From positions 1 to 49,127 of the forward strand of contig JBJTRH010000254.1 in NCBI GenBank assembly GCA_046076065.1: a stretch of DNA of 49,127 nucleotides, given 5' to 3'. Under the pieces are notes generated by a model that saw nothing but the letters and a program-made list of their open reading frames with translations, did no database searches and was not told the DNA's origin. This DNA is from Planctomycetaceae bacterium (GTDB taxonomy: Bacteria; Planctomycetota; Planctomycetia; Pirellulales; UBA1268). The position numbers and the translations under genes are program-made. This document shows, in pieces, positions 19,861 to 28,935 of the stretch. Position 1 is the first letter of the stretch, and the number at the start of each line of letters is the position of its first letter.

Positions 19861-20472
19861 GTGGTCCGCCGCCGGATGGAGCCCTCGAGGAACCAGCCCG
19901 GCATGCCCCTCGCCCGACACCCCGACCCGGACGAAGTCGACTGCCTGATCCGGAACGGCGAACTGCGGACGGCCATCGAGCCCTACCTGGACGAGTCGGT
20001 CTGGGAGGTCGATTTCCGCAGCCTGTCCACCGAGGCCGAAAACCGGTTCCTCGAGTCGATGCTCGCCTGGGAACTCGCCCCGCTGTCGCCTGTGGCCCGC
20101 TGGTTCAGCCCCCAGCTGGCCCTCCAGCCCGCCTGCACCCTCGACGACGAGCAACTGCACGAGCGGCTCTGGCGCACGATCGACGCCCTCTACGAGAAGC
20201 GGATCGTCCTCGACTTCACCGACCACCTCTCCGACCGCGAGCTCTATGCGCTGATCCGCCGCGACATCCTGCCGGCCAAGATCAAGCAGGTCGACCTGCC
20301 CGACAACTACGTGCACTGGGACTGCAGCGCCACCAGCGACGGTGATCAGACGACCTGGCTGGTCTTCTACGCCAGCGATGAGGAGCGTGAGGAGTGGCGG
20401 CTCGAGGAGGGCCGCGACCTTCCGCCCAAGCGGGTCCCGGCCTACCCGCGGGCGCTGCCGGTCGCTCCCTGA
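19861..20472 (+). CDS. Hypothetical cytoplasmic protein
   Basis: Balanced, acidic composition (WEVDFRSLSTEAENRFLESMLAWE, LYEKRIVLDFTDHLSDRELYALIRRD). GTG start preceded by GGAGAAGGA. The overlapping minus-strand ORF 19594-20316 is low-complexity. Family not recognised. Confidence 0.55.
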   Translation: MVRRRMEPSRNQPGMPLARHPDPDEVDCLIRNGELRTAIEPYLDESVWEVDFRSLSTEAENRFLESMLAWELAPLSPVARWFSPQLALQPACTLDDEQLHERLWRTIDALYEKRIVLDFTDHLSDRELYALIRRDILPAKIKQVDLPDNYVHWDCSATSDGDQTTWLVFYASDEEREEWRLEEGRDLPPKRVPAYPRALPVAP

Positions 20473-20585
20473 GGCGGCGAAAAGTTCCTCGTGGATCCTC
20501 CGGCGACGCCCGGTTCTCCGGGCCGCAGCCGGCCCCTATGCTTCTCCACGGTCCCGCTTTTTCGCATCCACCCGTGGAGGTCGCC

Positions 20586-21689
20586 ATGCGCCCCGTGTCG
20601 CGTTCGCTCGTCGTCGCCTGCCTGGTCGCCGTCGCAGCCCAGCCGCTCGCGGCGGGAGCCGCATCGCCGGACGAGATCCGCGCCGCCCTGGCCCGGGGCG
20701 CGGCATTCCTCGTCGAGCACGAGCAGGCGGCCGATGGCAGCTTCTCGGCCGATGTCGGGCCGGCGGTCACGGCGCTGGCGGTCACGGCCCTGGTGAAGTC
20801 GGGCATGCCGGCCGACGCTCCGCCGGTGAAGAAGGGCCTGGCATACCTCCTCTCGTTCACGCAGCCCGACGGCGGCCTCTACGCCCCGGGCTCTCCCACC
20901 GCCAACTATGAGACCTCGATCGGTCTGCTGGCCCTGGCGGCCTGCAACACCGACGGTGCGCTCGACGCCACGATCGCCGCGGCCGCGGCCCACGTGAAGA
21001 ACCTGCAGTGGGACGAGGGCGAGGGCAAGGGCGAAGCCGACCTCGCCTACGGCGGCGCCGGCTACGGCAAGAAGTCGCGGCCCGACCTCTCCAACACCCA
21101 GTTCATGGTGGAGGCGCTCCGGACCGTGGGCACGAGCGAGAACGATCCCGCGATCCAGCGGGCCCTGGCCTTCGTGTCGCGGACCCAGAACCTGCCCGGC
21201 CCGCACAACACCGCTCCCTTTGCGGAGAAGAATCCGGACGGCGGCTTCTACTACACGCCGGCCGCCGGCGGCGAGAGTCAGGCGGGCACGACGCCCGAGG
21301 GGGGGCTCCGCAGCTATGGCTCGATGACCTATGCCGGCCTCAAGAGCATGATCTTCGCCGGCGTCGCCAAGGACGACCCGCGGGTCAAGGCGGCCCTGGC
21401 CTGGCTGGAGAAGCACTACACCTTCGAGGAGAACCCGGGCATGGGCGATGCGGGGCTCTTCTACTACTTCCACACCGCCGCCAAGTCACTCGACGTGTTC
21501 GGAGTGGAGTCGTTCACCTCCGCCGACGGCTCGCAGCACGCGTGGCGCGACGAGCTCTCGACGGCGATCATCGCGCGGCAGCGGGACGACGGCTCGTGGA
21601 AGAACGGCAACGAGCGCTGGATGGAGGGCGAGACCGACCTCGCCACCGCCTACGCCCTGCTGGCGCTGGCGTACTGCCTGCCGAAGTAG
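20586..21689 (+). CDS. Secreted prenyltransferase/squalene-oxidase-repeat (terpene-cyclase-like) protein
   Basis: Signal peptide MRPVSRSLVVACLVAVAAQPLAAGA. Repeated QW-like motifs (ADGSF, QPDGGLY, NPDGGFYY, RDDGSWKNG). GGAGG lies 5 nt upstream of the ATG. Confidence 0.8.
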   Translation: MRPVSRSLVVACLVAVAAQPLAAGAASPDEIRAALARGAAFLVEHEQAADGSFSADVGPAVTALAVTALVKSGMPADAPPVKKGLAYLLSFTQPDGGLYAPGSPTANYETSIGLLALAACNTDGALDATIAAAAAHVKNLQWDEGEGKGEADLAYGGAGYGKKSRPDLSNTQFMVEALRTVGTSENDPAIQRALAFVSRTQNLPGPHNTAPFAEKNPDGGFYYTPAAGGESQAGTTPEGGLRSYGSMTYAGLKSMIFAGVAKDDPRVKAALAWLEKHYTFEENPGMGDAGLFYYFHTAAKSLDVFGVESFTSADGSQHAWRDELSTAIIARQRDDGSWKNGNERWMEGETDLATAYALLALAYCLPK

Positions 21690-21769
21690 GTGGCAGTTCG
21701 CTCTGAGCATGATCTCCGACAGGCGGCGCGGCGCCATGTGAGATCGGGCTCACCGTCACCCGCGCCGTG

Positions 21770-22393
21770 CTACGCGGCCTTCGCGGCGGTCTTGTAGAGA
21801 TACGGATTCATCGTCGGGTCGTTGTACATCTTCATCTGGCGGAACACGCGGAGCGGGCGGGTGCCGGAGTAGATCTCGGCCAGGAGCCGGTCGGTCGCGC
21901 GGACAAGGTGCGCCCGCTGCTCGTCGAGCACCACCATCCGGGCCGCCGCCTTTTCCCGGTGCTCCTGGCTCGCGTCCCTCCGCTCGATCTGCTCCTGCAT
22001 GTGGTAGCGGCGGAGTTCGAGGATCGAGAGCCGGTCGATCGCCGCGCCGGGCGTCTCCGTGGCCGCCGGGGCCGTGGGCGCAGCCACGATGCCACGGGCG
22101 CCGAGGTCGGCCACGAGCCAATCGTCGACCTTCTCGATGCAATCGTTGCGAAGCTGGTTGTAGCGGTCGATCGCCCGCTTCACCTGCGCGATCCGACCGT
22201 CGGTCACCGCCGGCGAGCGGGCGATGTCCTCCTCGTGCCAGAGGAGGAAGTTGTAGCGATGCAGGTCGCAGATCCGCCCGCGAAAGCCCTCCTCCGTGTG
22301 TTCCGGATCGAAGTGGTGCCAGTGATCGACGAGATGCGTGAGCAGGGCGTCGACCGTGGCCATTTCGACGGGACTGGCAGCGGGCTTGGACAT
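21770..22393 (-). CDS. DUF4254-like protein
   Basis: 207 aa with HRYNFLLWHEEDIAR and AIDRYNQLRND, which I associate with the DUF4254 family and its typical length. AGGAG lies 6 nt upstream of the ATG at 22393. It sits 39 nt downstream of the KS gene. Confidence 0.65.
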   Translation of the reverse strand: MSKPAASPVEMATVDALLTHLVDHWHHFDPEHTEEGFRGRICDLHRYNFLLWHEEDIARSPAVTDGRIAQVKRAIDRYNQLRNDCIEKVDDWLVADLGARGIVAAPTAPAATETPGAAIDRLSILELRRYHMQEQIERRDASQEHREKAAARMVVLDEQRAHLVRATDRLLAEIYSGTRPLRVFRQMKMYNDPTMNPYLYKTAAKAA

Positions 22394-22432
22394 CGGGAAC
22401 TCCTGCGGAACGAAGGGTCGGACGGGGGCGGG

Positions 22433-23662
22433 TCAGGCGGCGCGAAGCACGAGGCACAGGTTCGAGCCGCCGAAGCCGAACGAGTTGCTGGCGGCCACGC
22501 GGATCCCCCGCGGGCGGGCAACGTGGGGCACGTGGTCGAGCCGGCACTCCGGATCGGGACGGTCGAGGTTCACCGTCGGCGGTGCCGCCTGGCGGTCGAT
22601 GGCGGCAAGGCAGGCGAGGGCCTCGAAGGCGGCTGCTCCGCTGATCAGGTGGCCCGACATGCTCTTGGTCGAACTCACGGGAATGCCGTCGGCCGCGGCT
22701 CCGAGGGCCAGGCGGATCGCGCCCGCCTCGGCCACGTCGCCGACCGGTGTGCCCGCGGCATGGGCGTTGACGTAGTCGACCTCGTGTGGCGCGATCCCGG
22801 CATCGGCCAGCGCGGCGACGATGGCCCGAGCGGCGTGGACCGGATTGGTGCTCGGGATCACCATGTGCAGGCCGTCGCTCGACATGCCCACGCCCGCGAG
22901 TTCGCCCCGGATTCCTGCTCCTCGGGCGGCGGCGGCCCTACGCCGCTCCAGCATGAAGAACGCGCCCCCTTCGCCCATCACGAAGCCGTCGCGGTCACCG
23001 TCGAACGGACGCGAGGCCTTCGCGGGATCGTCGGTGCGGCGGGAGAGGGCACGCATGTTGTAGAAGGCGGCGATCGAGGTCGGGCTGAGGATGTCGCAGC
23101 CGCCCACCAGGCAGGCGTCGATCCATCCTGCGTCGATCCAGGTGCGGCCCAGGGCCATGGCGTAGCCGCTCGACGCGCAGGCCGCGGCCACCGTGACCGC
23201 GGGCCCGCGCAGGCCGAGCCGGCGGGCGAGCCGATGCACGAGCGTGCGGTCGCGATCGCCGTCGAACACCCGGGTGCCGCCATCGAGGAAGTCGAGTTCC
23301 CAGGCCTTGAGATGCTCCGCCCCGAGCCCGAGCACGAGCCCGAGGCGGGCGTCGTCACCGGCGAGTCTCGCATCGGCGACCGCCGCGGCAGCCGGCGAGA
23401 GGCAGAGCCGCTCGAGCCGGCCGAGCCGCGCGAACTCGTCGGCGTCGAGGTGGGAGACCTCGCGCGGCGGAGTGGGAATGTGGGTCACCGGTGCCGCGAA
23501 CTGCACGTCCTCCCGCGCGTACCGGCCCGGGTCGATCGACCGCACGCCGGACCGGCCCGCCATGAGCGAGTCGGCGATCTCGTCAAAGGACGATCCGAGC
23601 GGCGACACGGCGCCGACGCCGGTGATCACCACGGGTTCGCGGGTCGTGACGGCAACGGTCAT
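22433..23662 (-). CDS. Beta-ketoacyl-ACP synthase (FabF-like, Cys-His-His type)
   Basis: VVITGVGAVSPLG; active-site context AAACASSGYA; NAHAAGTPVGD; SSTKSMSGHLISGAAA; C-terminal NSFGFGGSN. The ATG at 23662 overlaps the upstream stop (ATGA). Confidence 0.9.
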   Translation of the reverse strand: MTVAVTTREPVVITGVGAVSPLGSSFDEIADSLMAGRSGVRSIDPGRYAREDVQFAAPVTHIPTPPREVSHLDADEFARLGRLERLCLSPAAAAVADARLAGDDARLGLVLGLGAEHLKAWELDFLDGGTRVFDGDRDRTLVHRLARRLGLRGPAVTVAAACASSGYAMALGRTWIDAGWIDACLVGGCDILSPTSIAAFYNMRALSRRTDDPAKASRPFDGDRDGFVMGEGGAFFMLERRRAAAARGAGIRGELAGVGMSSDGLHMVIPSTNPVHAARAIVAALADAGIAPHEVDYVNAHAAGTPVGDVAEAGAIRLALGAAADGIPVSSTKSMSGHLISGAAAFEALACLAAIDRQAAPPTVNLDRPDPECRLDHVPHVARPRGIRVAASNSFGFGGSNLCLVLRAA

Positions 23663-24492
23663 GCGGCCTCCCGGCGACAGGCGACGGACACGGCGGGCCG
23701 CGCTTCCACGCGGATCTGGGCCGGCCATGGGCAGGGCACGCCCCACGACGCGAGCGCCGCGCCTGCCGCACACATGCCGATCGCGCGGGCGAAGGCCGAG
23801 AGGTCGACCGGCTCGTCGTCGGCTTGCAGCGGTGCGACCAGGCCGCTCGGCTGCGCGAGGGTGATCCGTGCCGCCGCGCCGCCCGCGGCTGATTCGGGCA
23901 CGAGCAGCAGGGCCAGGCCGCGGCAGACGGGATCGCCGAGGGGCTCACCGGCGGCGTCGAGCGCGGGCTCCTGTTCCCAGTCCGAAATCAGCAGCCAGCA
24001 CGCGTTGCAGGCACCTGCCTGGAAGAGCGAGGCCGCGGTGAACACGCCTTCCGCGACCGCGTCGGGTCCGCCGCCGATCCCGAGGTGCGGCCCATGCAGC
24101 CCGAGGGCCACGCTCACCGCCCCGGCAACGGAGTGGAGCGAGCACTGCGGCACGATGTGGGGCGACACGGTCACCGCCCCGCCGGTGCGGAGTTGCGACA
24201 GCGAGCGGGCCGTGACGACCCGTCCCGCCTGGCAGGGCGCGGCCACCACGCCGCACGTTTCCGCCGCCGGCGGCTCGTCGACCCTGGAGAGCACGTCGAG
24301 CACCGCCCGCACCGCGACCACCGTCTGCTCGTCGCAGTGCCGGAGAAACCGCACGGGCAGTGCCGGAGCCCCGGCCGGCGGAGGTGCATCGCGCAGCGTC
24401 CCCACGGCTGTCCACGGGGCCTCGATGTAGGCGTGCCCGCGGATCGCACAGGCCGGCGCCGCTCGACCTCGGAAGTGCGGGAGTGCGTTCAT
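23659..24492 (-). CDS. KS-like protein lacking the Cys-His-His triad (Ketoacyl-synt_2 / chain-length-factor-like partner)
   Basis: 277 aa. SPHIVPQCSLHSVAGAVSVALGLHGPHLGIGGGPDAVAEG resembles the beta-ketoacyl synthase N-terminal-like family. I could find no ACxS nucleophile context and no His-His motifs. It is translationally coupled to the KS gene. Confidence 0.65.
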   Translation of the reverse strand: MNALPHFRGRAAPACAIRGHAYIEAPWTAVGTLRDAPPPAGAPALPVRFLRHCDEQTVVAVRAVLDVLSRVDEPPAAETCGVVAAPCQAGRVVTARSLSQLRTGGAVTVSPHIVPQCSLHSVAGAVSVALGLHGPHLGIGGGPDAVAEGVFTAASLFQAGACNACWLLISDWEQEPALDAAGEPLGDPVCRGLALLLVPESAAGGAAARITLAQPSGLVAPLQADDEPVDLSAFARAIGMCAAGAALASWGVPCPWPAQIRVEARPAVSVACRREAA

Positions 24493-24521
24493 GACGTCGG
24501 GTCCGCGGAGCAGGCGACCGG

Positions 24522-24788
24522 TCAGGCGGCCTTGCGGCCTTCCTTGGCTGCCAGCTTGGCCTCCAGCACATCGAGCATGTCGCCGACGGTGGAGATGTCC
24601 TCGAGCAGCTCGGTCTCGATCTGGATCGCGAACCGGCTCTCGATGTGGAGCACCAAGCCGGCCATGTCGAGCGAGTCAAGATTCAGGCCGTCGCGGAGCT
24701 TCGTCGATTCCTGAAGGCCCGGATAAGACTCGCCCGTTTCCTTCTCGAGCAGCTCGTGGACGATCGTCGACAGTTCCTCACGGGTCAT
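24522..24788 (-). CDS. Acyl carrier protein (dedicated, non-housekeeping context)
   Basis: 88 aa, acidic. GLNLDSLDMAGLV contains the DSL phosphopantetheine-attachment serine context. GGAGG lies upstream of the ATG at 24788. Confidence 0.85.
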   Translation of the reverse strand: MTREELSTIVHELLEKETGESYPGLQESTKLRDGLNLDSLDMAGLVLHIESRFAIQIETELLEDISTVGDMLDVLEAKLAAKEGRKAA

Positions 24789-24940
24789 CGCGGCAGGCCT
24801 CCAACGGGGGACGAGTGGATCGGGCGGGAACGGTAGCGGACGGGGTTCCCGCGGCGAAGATCAAAAACGGGGGTATTCTTGGGCTTTGCCCGCCGCCCGC
24901 CGTCCGCGATGGTCCCCGGACCAGGCCCCGCGAGCCGCCG

Positions 24941-25342
24941 ATGAACGTCCGCCCCTCCGCCGTCCTTTCCACCTGGCCGTTCCGCCTGCTGGCCGCGGCC
25001 ACCGGGGCCTACACGGCGGTCCTCCTGTTCGCCACCCATCACCCCAAGCCCGGCGAGCTCGTCGGTGAGCTCGTCCACCGCGACAAGACACTGCACTTCA
25101 CGGCCTACGGGCTGCTCGGGCTCATGGCCGCGGCCACGATCGCCGCGGCTGGCAGGTTTTCGCCGCGGGCGGTCGTCGCCGCGGTCGTCGGGCTCGTCGC
25201 CTTCGCAGCGGCCGACGAGGTCACGCAGCCGCTGTTTGGCCGCTCGACCGAGTTCCTCGACTGGGCGTGTGATTCCGCCGGCATCGCGGCCGGATTCGCC
25301 GCCGTGGCGGTGGCGTGGGCGGCGGTGCGGCGGCGGTTCTGA
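24941..25342 (+). CDS. VanZ-family membrane protein
   Basis: 133 aa. DKTLHFTAYGLLG and AADEVTQPLFGRSTEFLDWACDSAG match VanZ-like signatures. 4 TM helices. Confidence 0.7.
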   Translation: MNVRPSAVLSTWPFRLLAAATGAYTAVLLFATHHPKPGELVGELVHRDKTLHFTAYGLLGLMAAATIAAAGRFSPRAVVAAVVGLVAFAAADEVTQPLFGRSTEFLDWACDSAGIAAGFAAVAVAWAAVRRRF

Positions 25343-25348
25343 CAGGCC

Positions 25349-26323
<975 letters not shown>

Positions 26324-26389
26324 GAAGGGCTCCCGGGGCGGGTGACTCCGCCGCTTCCGACCGCTGCGGCGGGCTGGTAGTGTACCGTC

Positions 26390-27319
26390 ATGCGAGCCCG
26401 CATCGATCGCCGCACCGTGCTCCGGACGGCTCTCGCGGCGTCGGCCTCGTCGTCTCTGTTACCCAGCCCTGCTCCAGGAGCCCCCGTCATGCCGCTCAAG
26501 GGCAACGTCAACCATTCGATCGTGTTCTGGTGCTTCAATGTGGCCGGCGGCAAGTGGGACATGGACCGCACCTGCGAGGTGGCCAAGGAACTCGGTGTGA
26601 AGTCGATCGAGCTGTCGGACCCCGACACCTGGCCCACGATCCGGAAGCACGGCCTGACGTCGGCGATCGCCATGAACGGCATGCCCGGAGCGCCGTTCAT
26701 GAAGGGCCTCAACAATCCCCGTTACCACGAGCAGGTGATCGACTGCACGACCAGGACGATCGACGCCTGCGCCGACTTCGGCATTCCGTCGGTGATCGCG
26801 TTCACCGGCTATAAGTGGCGGGATGCCGAGAATCCGACGAGCGGCGAGATTTCGGCCGCCGAGGGGGCCGAGAACTGCGTGAAGGGGCTCGCGACGCTGG
26901 CGGCGCACGCCGAGAAGCGGGGCGTGACCATCTGCCTGGAGCACCTCAACACCCGCGACGACACGCACCCGATGAAGGGTCACCCCGGCTACCAGGGCGA
27001 CGACGTCGACTACGTGGCCGGCAACGTTCGCCGCGTCGGTTCGCCGCGAGTGAAGATGCTCTTCGACCTGTACCACGTGCAGGCGATGAACGGCGACCTG
27101 ATCCGTCGCATCGAGCAGTGCAAAGACGTGATCGGCCACGTGCACACCGCCGGCAATCCGGGCCGCGGCGAGCTCGATGAGAACCAGGAGATCAACTTCC
27201 CCGCCTGCCTGCGGAAGCTGGTTTCCATCGGCTACACGGGCTGGGTGGGGCACGAGTTCATCCCCACCCGCGATCCCGTCGCCGGTCTCCGCCAGGCCGT
27301 CGAGGTCTGCGACGTCTGA
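26390..27319 (+). CDS. Tat-exported hydroxypyruvate-isomerase-like / sugar phosphate isomerase-epimerase (xylose isomerase-like TIM barrel)
   Basis: The N-terminus has a twin-arginine motif ([17 protein letters not shown]). [35 protein letters not shown] and GHEFIP are typical of the Hyi/AP-endonuclease-2 TIM-barrel family. Confidence 0.85.
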   Translation: MRARIDRRTVLRTALAASASSSLLPSPAPGAPVMPLKGNVNHSIVFWCFNVAGGKWDMDRTCEVAKELGVKSIELSDPDTWPTIRKHGLTSAIAMNGMPGAPFMKGLNNPRYHEQVIDCTTRTIDACADFGIPSVIAFTGYKWRDAENPTSGEISAAEGAENCVKGLATLAAHAEKRGVTICLEHLNTRDDTHPMKGHPGYQGDDVDYVAGNVRRVGSPRVKMLFDLYHVQAMNGDLIRRIEQCKDVIGHVHTAGNPGRGELDENQEINFPACLRKLVSIGYTGWVGHEFIPTRDPVAGLRQAVEVCDV

Positions 27320-27344
27320 CGGCGTGCGGACCTCCGCCGGTCAG
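27316..27344 (+). terminator. Hairpin overlapping the stop codon of the isomerase gene (CTGACGGCG ... CGCCGGTCAG, one bulge)
   Basis: 9 bp plus a bulge with a 10-nt loop. No U-tract. Confidence 0.3.
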
Positions 27345-27395
27345 GAAGCCGCAATCGCGTAAGCGATGCGGGCAGGCTGGCCGTGTGGTTGGCTC

Positions 27396-27533
27396 GGGAT
27401 TGGCCATGCCATGCCCCGTCGCCGGACGTTCGCGACGGGCATCCTGCCCGTCGCTCACTCGGATGCCGACGGCGCTTCGCCATCGTGGCTGCGCTTGTCG
27501 GCATACGCCGGCTCTCGGGGCATGGCCAATCCC
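27396..27533. repeat. 138-nt nested inverted-repeat element (possible structured RNA, bidirectional terminator or REP/MITE-like element)
   Basis: Outer perfect 15-bp inverted repeat: GGGATTGGCCATGCC (27396-27410) with GGCATGGCCAATCCC (27519-27533). Inner 10-bp hairpin: GCGACGGGCA-TCC-TGCCCGTCGC (27432-27454). Second 8-bp pair: ATGCCGAC (27463-27470) with GTCGGCAT (27497-27504). Possible additional GCCGG/CCGGC helix (27421-27425 with 27508-27512). Confidence 0.6.
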
Positions 27534-27564
27534 TCGCTGAGTTGGTACGGGGAGAGCGAGTGGC

Positions 27565-28935
27565 TCATGGGCGGGCGAGGATGATCCGCACGTCGGCCAC
27601 GTTCGTGCCGGTCGGGCCGGTCACGATGAGACCGCCCGCGGCCGCCAGGGCGGGATATGCGTCGCAGCGGTCGATGGCGCGGGCCAGATCGATGCCGCTC
27701 GCGGTGAGCTGCTCTGCGACCGCGCGATCCACCAGGCCGCCGGCGGCAGCGGTCGGGCCGTCTTCGCCATCGGTCCCGACGCTGGCGATCAGGAGCTCCG
27801 CTGGCCACGCGCCGGCCGTCGGCTGCCAGGCCTCGACCGCCGCGAGCACGGTCTGCTGGTTGCGACCGCCGGTGCCGTGGTCGCGGGGCAGCGTTACCAC
27901 CGCCTCGCCCCCCTCGATCACCGCCCGGGCGCGACCGTCATGGCGGGCGGCGGTCACCAGCCCCGCCGCCTCGGTCGCCAACCGGCGGCCCACGGCCTCG
28001 GCGGTCTCGGTCGCGGTCCCCGCATGCCGGATCGTGACGTCGTAGCCCAGCTGGTGGGCCGCCCGCGACGCCGCGTCGACGGCGGTCGCGTTGCTGCCGA
28101 CGAGCACGTGGCTGACGCGGCAGCCCGCGGGCGTGGTCCACTCGCCGCCCGTCGCGGGCTGTGGCGTCGTCGTGACCGCCGCCTCCTCGAGATGCCGCGT
28201 CACCCGCGGCGCCGCATCGAGCGCCGCGTGCCGTCGGAGGATCGCCAGGGCGGCATCGGGCGCGGAGCCCGCCGGCATGCACGGTCCTGAGGCGATCAGG
28301 TCGAGCGGATCGCCGATCACGTCGGAGAGCACCACCGCCACGAGCCGGCCCGCGGTGCACGCCCGCGCCAGGCCACCTGCCTTCACGAGGCTGACGGCCT
28401 GGCGGACGACGTTGAGCTCGCGGATGTCGGCGCCGGCCGCGGAGAGGAACCGCGTGACCGCGATCAGGTCGGCGAGATCCACGCCCGGCGCGGGCTCTTC
28501 GAGCAGCGCGGAGCCGCCGCCGGTCACGATCACCACCGCGAGATCCTCGGACCCCAACGTTGCGAGCAGCCGGCGCATCTCGTGCGTCACCGCGACCACC
28601 GCCGCCGTCGGCAGGTTTGCAGCCGGCGGCCTTGTCTCGGGGATCTCGATGCGGGCGACCGGTCGGCCGCAGCCCTCGGGCACACTCACGAGTCCGGTCA
28701 CGTCGCCGTCATGGAGGATCGCGTCGAGGGCGGCGGCCATGCCCGCGGCCGCCTTGCCTCCGCCGATCACCGCGATCCGGCCTGTCGGGCGGACGGGCAC
28801 GGTGAACGGCCGGCCGTCCAGCAGGAGCTCGCCGCGCTGCCAGGCCAGTCGCCGTGGCAGGAGCGTCTCGGGTCGCACGGCCGCGATCGCAGCGTCGGTC
28901 AGATGCGCCGCAGCGGCGCGGAGCGAACGGGTCAT
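27565..28935 (-). CDS. Glycerate 2-kinase / hydroxypyruvate reductase family (DUF4147 + MOFRL)
   Basis: RIAVIGGGKAAAGMA, VIVTGGGSALL, VVLSDVIGDPLDLIASGP and GTDGEDGPT are family hallmarks. ATG at 28935-28933. It forms only the C-terminal 456 aa of the 2103-aa ORF in the track. Confidence 0.88.
   Translation of the reverse strand: MTRSLRAAAAHLTDAAIAAVRPETLLPRRLAWQRGELLLDGRPFTVPVRPTGRIAVIGGGKAAAGMAAALDAILHDGDVTGLVSVPEGCGRPVARIEIPETRPPAANLPTAAVVAVTHEMRRLLATLGSEDLAVVIVTGGGSALLEEPAPGVDLADLIAVTRFLSAAGADIRELNVVRQAVSLVKAGGLARACTAGRLVAVVLSDVIGDPLDLIASGPCMPAGSAPDAALAILRRHAALDAAPRVTRHLEEAAVTTTPQPATGGEWTTPAGCRVSHVLVGSNATAVDAASRAAHQLGYDVTIRHAGTATETAEAVGRRLATEAAGLVTAARHDGRARAVIEGGEAVVTLPRDHGTGGRNQQTVLAAVEAWQPTAGAWPAELLIASVGTDGEDGPTAAAGGLVDRAVAEQLTASGIDLARAIDRCDAYPALAAAGGLIVTGPTGTNVADVRIILARP

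Noticed and set aside
21767-24430. 887-aa plus-strand ORF antisense to the DUF4254, KS and KS-like genes.
   Set aside because: Nonsense composition. The minus-strand frames contain the KS catalytic motifs and show translational-coupling signals.
27232-27584. Small ORFs (66-90 aa) in the structured spacer between the isomerase and glycerate kinase genes.
   Set aside because: Arg/Gly/Pro-rich, with no start context. They overlap each other on both strands. The nested inverted repeats explain the region better.
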